Of a stretch of 64,000 nt of DNA, positions 53,528 through 64,000 are shown piece after piece. The stretch is from Mizuhopecten yessoensis (lineage: Eukaryota). The first letter of the stretch is position 1. Every line of letters starts with the position of its first letter. Location: positions 1,174,094 through 1,238,093 of the forward strand of contig NW_018408629.1 in assembly GCF_002113885.1 (NCBI RefSeq), written 5' to 3'. The position numbers and the translations under genes are program-made. Under the pieces are notes generated by a model that did no database searches, was not told the DNA's origin, and worked only from the letters and a program-made list of their open reading frames with translations.

Positions 53528-55925
53528 AAATGCTCATTTGGTGTTTTTAATATTTTTATAAATGTGCATGATAGGGAAATGTAAGGCCAGATTTCCAAAT
53601 TTATTCAGGTAACTTAATTACTGACAAAAACATTCTCAAGAAATCAGTGATCAAAAACCTAACCAGAGGTACATGAGAAGATATCACTGAGTACATTTTG
53701 ATAAGGAAGAAAAGAAAAAAGATTTTTGGTAGCATCAACATCGCTGTCTTAATTTGTATCCAGAAGAAACCTCCATTTCAGGGTTATATATCAATCGTTT
53801 CTCACAGCCAATAAATTGAATGCGGCTGGCTAACATTTTAACGTCTCCAATAATTCTGCTGAAGAGTTCTCATATCGCCTTTCCGTCTTGCAGCTATTAT
53901 GTTTGTTTTCAATCAGTGAACTATGATGTTCATGACGTGTCCTTTAAAACTCCGTAGGTTTGCATGTCCCAATCCGTTGTTGTTTGTTAATACGTGCATT
54001 TGTAACTGACAAGCTACGTGAACTAACACACAATATTACAAGCATATTCAATCGGAAGTTGAAGCAAAAACGATAAGTATTATTTAACAAATACGACACC
54101 TGCATGTAAAATAGGCTTTCAAAACTTACAGTAGTTTATCATTATTTTTTGCTGCATGTCACAAAGCGCTACACAGCATTACATGGCATTTCGTAGAAGC
54201 ACAAAGGAACACAAACATTGAACAATGACTCAAAAAACGTGATGATTTTTGACAAATTGATGATTAAGACCTTGAATTCCGTGGTAAGCTTATCACTCCA
54301 TTGAACCACTTCTACGAAATGTCGTTTAACCTATATATTTGTTTAATGTCAACGTTTTGCTGTTTGGCTTGCACTTTTTATGATGTTGTTTACTTAATTA
54401 ATACGCGAATTTCTTGTTTCTGACTCTATTTCTGGTTTTTGAATCAAACACTACACATCGATATCAAAACGACAATCGTGTACACGTTGAAAAAACAAAA
54501 GCACATCTTACAGACAGGTAAGTGTTTAAATTGAACATTTGTTGATGCATGTATTTATCTATTTATTTATTTATTTGTAACGTGGCGATATTAACTGTAT
54601 TTCTCTGCAATATACATGTATATTTTGTGTTAAGTATTAAACTGCTTTCAGTTTGCAATCATAGGCAATATGTATGCCAACTGGACAAAGGCAAATTCAA
54701 TGAAGCGCTTCATGTTGGATTTGCCTTTTTCCAGTTGGAATTCATTTTGCCTATGAATGCCAACTGAAAGCAGTTCAACAATTATACTTATCATTTGTTT
54801 AATCTGTTCATCTCATAAAAAATAATTACACTTATTATTATTTAGCATTTAGTTCAAATAATGTATGTATCGTGTATGCTTTTTCAATAAATAGAACAGA
54901 CATCTCCCAGAGAGGGTCAGTGGTATCCAACGTAACAATTATGACGTCATAATAATGACGAGGTCAATAATCGATCAGTGGCATTCATAACCAATATGAA
55001 TGCCAACTGAATTTGGTAGGGTTATATAGTGGCAATGCGATACGATGGTAGATAGAACATGCTTAACAAATGTATGATGTTAGGTTACGTATTCTACGTA
55101 TGTGTGCTAGAATTATTTCTCTTCTTGAATCTTTCTAAAACATTAACGTGTATTGCTGAATGGTATTTATGAACGATTTTTCATTAATTCTATTTTGTTG
55201 TGACACGTTATAATTCAGTTTTACCTTTTTTAACGTCTCGTTACAACTATATTGTATTAATATCTAGTCTAACAAAGGAATTCTTCCCTTGGTGTGAAGG
55301 CTGGCGTTGGTCATATTGCAATAAAATCTAAAAAGCTTAATCTCATTTTTCCAAAGGACCTTATTCGTGATTTACCATGACTGTCTCTCTTTTCCGTGCT
55401 TGTTAGATTGGGAACAAAGGCAGATTAAAAAAAATCACTTTTGTAAACAAATTTAAAATCTAATAAATAAATACAAATTTTGATGAAATAAATCGACATA
55501 AGAATAAACCTGATTTATTTATTTAAACAACCTATGTTTATTCTCGGGGGGATAGGGGCACCAAAATAACGTTATTTACAGACAGATTTTTCTTTTTTTT
55601 TAATTTTTCAATTCCTCCTGTCAGAGATTTATCATATATCATATATGTATTATACATAGACATGAGCAAACTTTTCACAGAAATGGACAAAATGCGTATA
55701 GATTAATGGACTTTTTATATATTATTCGTTAAAAAGAACACAATAAATAAGAAGAAAATTAAGACAAACTGAAATCTGCTGTAAACGCATTTGAGATTGT
55801 ATCTAATGCTCTCAAATGATCTAAAGTAATAAACACATGTCAACTATATATATGATATATAGGGAAATGTGTACATTTATATTTGTACTGTTCTTATACA
55901 TATGGTACATAGATGGATAATATAT

Positions 55926-56095
55926 GGTAGTCGGATGATGCAGTTAACAACACACTTGCCTTTCACCAAGGCGACCGGGTTTTCTCCCGGTACTCCGGTT
56001 TCCTCCCACAGTAAGACCCCACGCGCGCTTACCTCCAGACCAATAAGAGCGATGAATAAAAGTTGATTATTTCATAATTGCTGTAAAATAAATAA
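55926..56095 (+). mobile_element. V-domain SINE with internally deleted tRNA head
   Basis: Same head as the 53527 SINE (ggtagtc..cacacttgcctttcaccaaggcg) joined directly to gggttttctcccggtactccggtttcctcccaca (V-domain signature); A-rich tail. Confidence 0.7.
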
Positions 56096-57597
56096 GACTT
56101 TATGTTATTTTATTTTATTTTAAAATTGATCATTTTACAACGTGCTGGTATTCATGCTGTACTTTGTACATTTTAGTGTGCGCAAAACATATTTTACGTA
56201 AAGAGTAGATTTCCTTCATCATTACTTGTATATTTGCTGTTGCATTCGACATCATTTGTGCTCATTTGTTATCGGATATTTCAATTGCACCACTTTTCAA
56301 AAGGTTAATTTAGTCTACACCTGTTTAAAACAAGGAAAAGGAACATGTGCGTTTACGTTGATTCATCACTACTTTGAAATAACTCTGGGCATTGTGTAAG
56401 AAAATGCATGCCATTTGCGATTTTTTTGCATAATGCGCACATAACATTTTCTTGTTCCCATGTACATTTTCATTAAACTACATAATTAGTTCCTATGGAT
56501 ATTCCCAGTTTTTTGTTAAACTTGCAGCAAGACGAAGATTCTGGCGGCTCTATGTGCATATCTGTGTAATTCTTGTTTATAACATAAATCACTTATCTAA
56601 ATGATGTCATTTAAATACAGCATTTTTATAAAGATCGTGCAACTATTTCCTGATGCTATAGTTGTGCATACAGTACGACTTAGTCATAGAAACATGACAG
56701 ACTATCAAACTTACACATCACATTCAAGATATCAGGTCTGAAAAATCTGTTGTTCGATGCAAAGTTTACAACATGTTGGGCGTTGTCACAAGTATGATTC
56801 AAGAGTTAATGAAATTGAACCGAAGTTATAATCGTGAACATATCAGCCAATCAGCGACCAATATAGAACACAAGTGATAGCCAGATATATCTCGACCAAT
56901 CACAGGCAACGGCAGCCATTCTAAATACTGAAACTTAAAAGTCGATTGGTGCCAAAATGTATACTCCCGTTGTCTCAGAGATCAGTAACTATTTTGTGAA
57001 AATGTTGACTTCTTTTTACGCACCAAAAGGTCTTTGTGTGAGCATCCTTTTTACAACTTTGTGTGTTTACACATGGATGTTTCACAACATATACTATTAA
57101 CATTAACGTTAATTATATCATATGTTCCAAAATATATTTATCAAACTTTCTCAACTAGGACGATCGACAGATCAACAGAGTTCCAAAATCTTGAGGTTTC
57201 TTACCCAATTTTCAGCTCTTCTCCATACATATTCATAGGAAAGTAGATAAACATAAGTAAACGTAATACAGGATCAGAGGGATTTAAGTACAAATTAAGA
57301 GGCAGATGCCACTTCATGCACGATCCTTTATCTTTATTGTTGGCTAGCATAAGTAAGCAATTAGGATAATGCATAATGTGATAGGATTAAGGCTAGAACT
57401 AGAACGAGTCAGTAATGGACTGTCAAGTGCCATGTAATTCCTTCGGTACAGGTAAGTGTAACTTCTAAAAGATAATACATGCTTAGTCGTATCAGTGTTC
57501 AATTCATTTATTTGCAGTACAAATGTCTGGGAAACAATTTTGAATGAATACATCATATCTTAATATAGCGTAATATTGTATTACAGAGAGCTGAACG

Positions 57598-57740
57598 ATG
57601 ACGTTTGATGACGTCATCAAACAGGTGGGAGCGTTTGGACCGTACCAAAGACGCCTCATCCTGCTCGGTTTATTTCCGTACCTCATCTTCGCATTTCAGT
57701 TCATGATTCCTATTTTCATCCTGTCAGAACACAAACACCG
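57598..57740 (+). CDS. SLC22-family organic cation/anion transporter-like, first coding exon
   Basis: MTFDDVIKQVGAFGPYQRRLILLGLFPYLIFAFQFMIPIFILSEHKH(R). This is the typical SLC22 N-terminus (F..++..VG.FG.YQ, TM1, HRC). Donor cg|gtaaaa. It is absent from the ORF track because it is shorter than 60 aa. Confidence 0.88.
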
Positions 57741-58414
57741 GTAAAATTTTACATATAAATTTATTCAAAATTACGCAAATACAACTTAAAAATAAAATCG
57801 TTTTAAAAAATCAATACTATTCGTTTTATAACTATTGTTAATTATCAAACGCCAATATGGAATTAGCTTTCGTTCGGCTTACGTTCGTTTTGAATGTATC
57901 ATCTTTCATGTTGACACGAATCAGACACCGATGCAAACAATTTGTTTGTATATGCATAAAAGGCGTGTATACAAACTATACAGTAGTCAAATAAACATGT
58001 ACATAATAGGCATAATATACATTTAAAAAACTAAATGATACGAATATTTTTAATTTTCCATATACTGCAAATAATAGTTAATTTATTAGATTTTTACAAA
58101 ATTGTTTTTTTTTTTTTTTATCTGAAGATGAAAATAGATGAAATAAAAAAAATGAAGAATTTCCATCAGTGTTTAATATTTAAATTATTATTCTATGTTA
58201 CATTTTTTAAATCATGTCTGGCCGTGTATGGTATTTTGGCTTTATATTCCCATATGTGTTAAAATATATATGTTTATGATATAATGCTATCAATAAATTG
58301 TATGGAAGGCATTTCATTGATGTTATTGAACACGTTTTCCTAATTGGACAACGGTATTCGGTGATTGACAACTTTTATCTAAATGTCTAAATATATATAT
58401 TCTATACTGCTCAG

Positions 58415-58586
58415 ATGTAAAGACAAGCAAACGGCATACCCAGAAGACAATATATGGGTGTCAAACGCCTCGCTTACCTCATGCCAAACCCATCACTTCG
58501 ATAATGTCACAAACACTACGTATGACGTTCAGTGTAAGTCATGGTCCTACGATACGTCTGAACAAACCAGCAGTCCGATTTCGGAT
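58415..58586 (+). CDS. SLC22-like second coding exon (extracellular loop); gene continues beyond the window
   Basis: ctcag|(R)CKDK...NAS..SC...NVTNTT..QCKSWSYDTSEQTSSPISD|gtaagt. Phase-compatible with exon 1; the C..W.YD.S motif and N-glycosylation sequons are typical of the SLC22 loop. Confidence 0.85.
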
Positions 58587-58862
58587 GTAAGTATACATAT
58601 ATATAGATGTAAGTAAACATATATATAGATGTAAGTACACATATACCAGGATGTAAGTAAACATAAGTAGGGATGAAAGTATGAATTTATCAGGATGTAG
58701 GTAAACATTTATCAAAATGTAAGGATACATATTAGAATGTAAGTAAAAATATGCTAGGATGTTAGTATACATACAGCAGAATGTAAGTAAACATATATCA
58801 TGATTTTAGTAAACATAAATGAGAATGTAAGTATACATATATCTAGGTGTCAGTATACATAT
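58584..58862 (+). repeat. 22-bp tandem array, about 13 copies, seeded at the SLC22 exon 2 donor
   Basis: gat|gtaagtatacatatatata repeated; the first unit is the real exon/intron junction. Confidence 0.9.
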
Positions 58863-60006
58863 CAACGTGACGTTAATAAATTAATATCCTAACATTAACA
58901 AGTTTGTTGAAGGTGGATCTATATTTGTAAAAATATATTTCAAAATCAACTTATTTAAAGGCTAGGTCTTTGTGCAATGATCCAGAGGAATACGAAAAAA
59001 ACAAGCACTTATTTGTAAAATATATAGATGTAGAAAGCCAAATTAAGTAAACTTTTTAACTAATGTTTTTTTTTTTTTGGTTTCTTTTAATTTTTAATTA
59101 TTTTTTTTAACAATACATTTACAATTCATTTTTCCATGCAACATACACACACTCATTCCATTTCTAGTCATTAGCAAATTAAATAAACTTTTTAACTAAG
59201 GTTGATTTGTTAGCAACTGTTTCTATTACCAGGTCTTCTTTCAGTAGAACACATATTGATTTGTTGGAGCAATCAAACAGAAAACAATTCATTACTTGTT
59301 ATCCACCAGGGAAAAGGATAAGGAAAAGTTGATATTTCCCTGTTTGTTCAAAATACAGGCAAATTTCTTGGGCTTTCAGGAAATATAAAAAAGTTTCGTT
59401 TCTTGATCGTTTTCTTGCATCATCTGTAAAAACGACCAAAAGAAAAAAAAAATCTGTTTAGTTCAATATTTAATACTCAATGGACGATTATTCACAACCT
59501 CACTTTCCGGCTTAGTGACATACATTTAGCTGAGATTAGTGTAATATCAAAAAGAGTATAGTCCAAAGAAGACAACATTTGTTTTGAGTTCACGTCTTCT
59601 TAACAACTAAGGACCTCCTACCAGATAATGACCTACTTCAACAGGTTGAAGGTCATGTCAAGGTTATGTTCTATTTCTGTGGTGTTCAAGAGGGAGTGAT
59701 GAATAGGAAATGAGAGTTCTATGCCACTTTATCTCTCCTTCTTTATTTATAGTAAGTCCCTGCCTGACGGGATGGATCAGTGGGGGACCAGTGAGGGATG
59801 AGGGACTGACCCCGTGACCTTTTAATTCCCTTTGTGTCTTAATCAAATAATACATACCAACTCAAATAGGGAACATTGAGGTACTGCCTTGCGTCAATTC
59901 TATTTTTAGAGAAACCGATTCGGTCCGCTTCTACATTGCGTATCGTAGTTATTTTAAGCCTGGTACACTCGTTACAATAGTAGAGACTGAGTTACACTTC
60001 TCGCCA

Positions 60007-60043
60007 TATATAAAGGTACGTTTAGTTACCCTCTTTTCATTTC
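60007..60043 (+). promoter_or_regulatory. TATA + initiator-like core promoter of the integrase gene
   Basis: TATATAAAGG at 60007, TTCATTTC with its A at 60039, ATG at 60050. Confidence 0.5.
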
Positions 60044-60049
60044 TCAATC

Positions 60050-60714
60050 ATGAGTTTGAAGGATTATTTAAAAGACATATACTTTGACTTAAACAGTCCT
60101 GTTAGCTATGAAGGAACAGAAAAAATCTGCTGATTTCTGAAGAAAGAAGGAAAGTACAAGGTTGGCTTTGATGTTATTCGACCTTTCCTGCAGGACACAG
60201 ACGCCTACGGTCTACAACGACCACTTCGTTACAAGTTTAAGACCAGAAAAGTGATACCTCAAGGTATCGATGTTTTATGGGACGTAGATCTCGCCGATGT
60301 ATCCGACCTAGGAAAAGAAAACGATGGAATGCCTTATTTATTCGTTGCCATTGATGTGTTTTCACGTCATTTATGGGTAGTTCCTCTTAAAAACAAGATT
60401 CACAACACAATCATTGACGGATTCAAAAGGATTTTTGGTCAGGGCAGACAACCTAGAGATGTCAGATCGGATCCGGGGAGTGAATGGAAAAATAGATGGG
60501 TGAAGCAATATTTAGATAAAGAAGGGGTGGGTATTATGTCCCTCATAATGTCACTCATGCAAATTATGCCGAAAGGGTGATCAGGACATTGAAAACATTA
60601 ATGTACCGATATTTCACGCACAACAGAACCTATTGGTACTTAGACATTTTACAAGACACTGTCCGTAATTACAATGCGAGACCTCACAGCGCACTTGAGG
60701 GGAAATCTCTATAA
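60050..60714 (+). pseudogene. Polinton-type retroviral-like (rve, DDE) integrase pseudogene
   Basis: MSLKDYLKDIYFD...; in-frame TGA near 60131; W.VDLAD, IDVFSR, SDPGSEW; frameshift near 60535; then HANYAERVIRTLK and YNARPHS. Ends at TAA 60712-60714 with no C-terminal chromodomain visible. Confidence 0.92.
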
Positions 60715-60716
60715 CC

Positions 60717-60753
60717 TATAAAAAGGACGCCATAACGAACTTGTCTTCATTTC
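60717..60753 (+). promoter_or_regulatory. TATA + initiator-like core promoter of the ATPase gene
   Basis: TATAAAAAGG at 60717, TTCATTTC with its A at 60749 (same 32-nt spacing as the integrase promoter), ATG at 60767. Confidence 0.5.
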
Positions 60754-60766
60754 CATTTTAGCAGCC

Positions 60767-62261
60767 ATGCAGTGTACATCGTACCCAGAATGTAAAAGAA
60801 GTTTCTTGCGAAGAGATGTTCTCTTCAGACACATGAAAACAATTCACGGAGGCAGTCAATCATATCCGCAAACCACTAATGCGTATCCACCGCCACCGCC
60901 GCCACCGCAGGAGGTACAGTTGTTGCTGCCATCGCAGGAATTACAGTCACCGCCGCCGCCGCCGCCGCCGCCATCATCACCGCCGCTAACGCCACCGCCA
61001 CAAGAATTGCATTCGCCGTCCTCGCAAGTGACACGGTCGCCACAACGGGACTTTGTTTTTAAACATCCCTTCACAGCTAACGTGTCTGGTCCTACTTCCT
61101 GTGGGAAAACGTACTTTGTTAAAACTATGCTTCAAAATTGTTTGACAAAAATAGAGCCTCCACCTCAGAGAATCATATGGCTGTACAAACGATGACAACC
61201 TCTGTATGATGTCATCACAGCAAATGTCAACCCTTCAGCTGAATTTATACAGGGGATACCTCTCGACTTAGATCAAGATTCTTTCATTAATCCGAGTGTT
61301 AGAAACCTCATCATACTGGACGACCTAATGTCCACAGCCTCCAAGGATCCGAGAATCAACGAATTATTTACCGAGGGGAGTCACCATAGAAACCTCTATG
61401 TCATTGCCATTAATCAAAACCTGTATTACAACAGGGACCCTACACAGATAAGGAATTGTCACTATTTAGTCGTGTTTAATAACCCTGTGGATAAGCAACA
61501 AATCATGACGCTGGCTAGGCAAATGTATTCAGAGAATTCACAGTACTTAATGACGCAATTCAGAGAAGCTACAAATAAACCATATGGCTATTTATTGGTG
61601 GATCTAAAACCTACTACCCCTGAATATTTATGTAACGTCTTCCCGAATGAATCTATAAATGGATGTACGAATGCGATTTTGATTAATTCTGATCACAACC
61701 TTCCTACTGTGCAGACGTATTCTGGAGTCTCTGAAGAAGATACGTATTTAACTGCTGTAGTAGAAGAGCCACAGATCATCAATATGATCAGCAGTGAAGA
61801 TTGTGGTGTTGTCTTCGAAAACTTACATGATCTCCAGAAACACATTAGGAATTGATGTCCCGATCAATATCCTATTAAGAGAAAAATGTCTGAGGAAGTT
61901 TCTGAACCTGACAAAAAAAATGAAATTTGACAGAACGATCTCTGAAGATAGTGAATCGTCCATATATTCATACGACGAAGACGCGGATAACGTGTTTACA
62001 CAGTTTGCGGAAATATCTAGAGATGAAAACGAAGAACAATGGCAAAAGAATTATGAGAATCAAGGAATGTCACATTCCGAGGCTAAATTGAAGGCTGATA
62101 TGAAACTTAAGGATGAGGACCTTAAAGAATTCCTAGGATACTATGGAAAACTGAAGTCCTATTTATTGCAGTTAAGACACGGGCGATTACATGAAGATGT
62201 TATGGAATCCATTGAAAACTGCATGGATGATGGGATGGATAGAGGAAACATAAACTATTGA
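60767..62261 (+). pseudogene. Packaging ATPase (A32/FtsK-HerA-like) fused to C2H2 zinc finger and poly-Pro linker, plus a second Zn-finger-like/acidic C-terminal region; disrupted
   Basis: Walker A FKHPFTANVSGPTSCGKT; TGA at 61193 in YKR*QPLY; Walker B LIILDDLM; FTEGSHHRN..INQN; YGYLLVDL; then DCGVVFENLHDLQKHIRN*CP and a frameshifted acidic helical tail. Confidence 0.88.
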
Positions 62262-62511
62262 CTGATATCTAATGACTTTATTAAAACAGACGGACATTTC
62301 ATACAAACATGCATGCTTTCTACCATATAGCACAAGAGGTGCTTATTTAAACGAAGTAATGTACAAACAAATCGTATAGTATTTACAACCATCAAGTAGA
62401 AATAGCATTTATTAACATACATATAATTTGTGAAAACAAAATGACATCTATATAGTTGCACAAACGATAACATTATAAAAACTTGAGCGTTTATTGATAT
62501 GAAATGACTCA

Positions 62512-64000
62512 TCACTGTGAAATTGTATAATGACCATAAGCCAAACTCTCTATGCCAGTGAAATACGGTTTGTCGTAGTACGGGGATAGACTAGTCTTGT
62601 TGACCGTTATACTATAGAGTTGGTGATCAAAACTACGTATAAGATTCATTTTATGTTTGCAACTACTTTGTTAAAAAAGACAGTGTAAGTACGCTTGATG
62701 CCTCATTTGCTTTTCAATAACAGACTTCTTCACTCCCTTGGCCGTACGTTTTTCTATACCCCCGCACGTCAGACTGTACATTTTTGGTTTTAATCCAACA
62801 AACTGATCCATAATTTGACCTTTTCATTCGTCTTTCATTTTCCCGAGGACTTTGCAATTTTTCATTCTGAATAAAGGACTGTCTTTTGGGTAATTGCTCG
62901 TGTCAAACAGGTCGGCGTTTTCTTGTAGGTCCCTGTACCAGTCTGGTGTTTCTATACGGTACGTGAGGGAGTCAGTTTCAGTAAAGAGTTGTTCGGCATT
63001 AGATCCATACTTTTGTTTGATGAAGTCATAATGGAATCGATACATGAATATCTTTGAGACCTCTAGAATACAGAACCCTGCATAAATTGGCCGATTTAAA
63101 ACAATATTTGTTTTCTTCATGCTGACGGCGACAAGACCTTTGTTAAAAAATTTGAAAGATTGAAAATCTGGTTTAGCACAGACCTAGCGGAGACTTTTAG
63201 ACGTATTGACCAGCTCTACACTGACTCTTTTTCTCATGTTTTTCATTGTTTTGCCAAAAACGGAGTTGTTCATCAATTTGAAAAAGTCCTTCTCAAAGTC
63301 AGTTTTACAGAGAATTCTTTTCTCGGTATTGAAATCAACATAAGGCTTCAGCCACGCAGATTGAGCAAACTCAATAGCTCGATGAATTTTTGTGAGAATC
63401 ATACCTTTTGAGAGGTAATCTTTCAAATTTCTGTAATGGAGAACATACTGCTGCTAGGTGCAAAGGTTTGGGACAATTTTTCTTTGATGTCCAATTTCTC
63501 TCGAAGCTTTCTAGAATGTGGCGAGAGCATGTTCTTTGTATGCTGATGTTTTCGGGTGCTAGGGGATAATCATTGTGTTTGTCATGCAAATGATCCGGAT
63601 ATTCGAGATCAACTTCTAAAATGTAGCCCGTTTCCGCTTTGTCGTCAACGTTAGTTATGTCATACTGTGCGATTTGTTCTGGTGTCAACCATGCAAAGTC
63701 TTTTTTCCGGTAGGGGTTCAGACATGCTCGTACCATATAGGTTGTTCATGTCAAGGTATGTGGGCCAAGTGATCGGTTTTGACGGATCGTTCTCTGGGGA
63801 CATAGGATTATTGGCCTGAGCAAATTTCTTTGAAATCATTGACACACCTCCCTGTATACCCTTTTAAACCATCAGTACCATGTCGATATCATCTAGAAGC
63901 TGAAGTTATACCCCGGTCATTGTTAACATGGCTTCCCAAGAAAATTCGGGAGCCGAGTAATAGTGGGCAGGATCCAGTTTGTAATAGTCCAAGCTGATGG
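62512..64000 (-). pseudogene. Protein-primed DNA polymerase B (pPolB) pseudogene, C-terminal half
   Basis: YKLDPAHYYSAP..SWEAML; motif A YLDMNNLYG; GYILEVDLEYP..LHD.HNDYPLAPE; motif B FFKLMNNSVFGKT; motif C FTETDS (normally YTDTDS); LGKMKDE; FVGLKPKMYS; C-terminal LSPYD...LAYGHY. Several TAA/TGA stops and frameshifts. Confidence 0.95.

Larger units (their letters stand above)
59600..64000. mobile_element. Decayed Polinton/Maverick (adintovirus-like) endogenous element, truncated by the window end; left boundary approximate
   Basis: Intronless cluster of rve integrase, A32/FtsK-like packaging ATPase and protein-primed family B polymerase, all disrupted by stops or frameshifts. Confidence 0.93.

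Noticed and set aside
59500-60000. Left terminal inverted repeat of the Polinton
   Set aside because: No clear AGT/AG-repeat terminus is visible and the partner end lies outside the window, so the boundary cannot be fixed.
60856-61198. Gly-rich minus-strand ORFs
   Set aside because: They are antisense shadows of the poly-Pro linker.
60050-64000. Alternative genetic code (TGA=Trp) or programmed readthrough in the Polinton
   Set aside because: Two TGAs fall at likely Trp positions, but PolB also has in-frame TAA stops (~63906, ~63865), a TGA at a non-Trp site, several frameshifts and a damaged motif C. This is ordinary pseudogene decay.

Overview
AT-rich, intron-rich animal genomic DNA, most likely from a bivalve mollusc (inferred from the SINE and Helentron/HINE-like repeat types). 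There are three host genes. (1) A complete 8-exon RAD1 (9-1-1 checkpoint clamp) gene on the - strand, 20196->13761, 281 aa. (2) A complete 4-exon RDH11/12/13/14-like short-chain dehydrogenase on the + strand, 28698-37957, 384 aa. (3) The first two coding exons of an SLC22 organic-cation-transporter-like gene (+, from 57598). Downstream of SLC22 exon 2, probably in its intron, lies a decayed Polinton/Maverick (adintovirus-like) element with an rve integrase, a zinc-finger/poly-Pro-fused packaging ATPase and a convergent protein-primed PolB that runs off the window. The rest contains a 2.7-kb 46-bp satellite, nested HINE-like elements with internal arrays, many short fold-back MITEs and several tRNA-derived SINE fragments. 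The most unusual pattern is that in all three host genes a tandem array begins exactly at an exon 3' end and amplifies the exon tail plus the 5' splice site into the intron; a fourth array begins at the RAD1 stop codon. All calls were made by eye without database searches.
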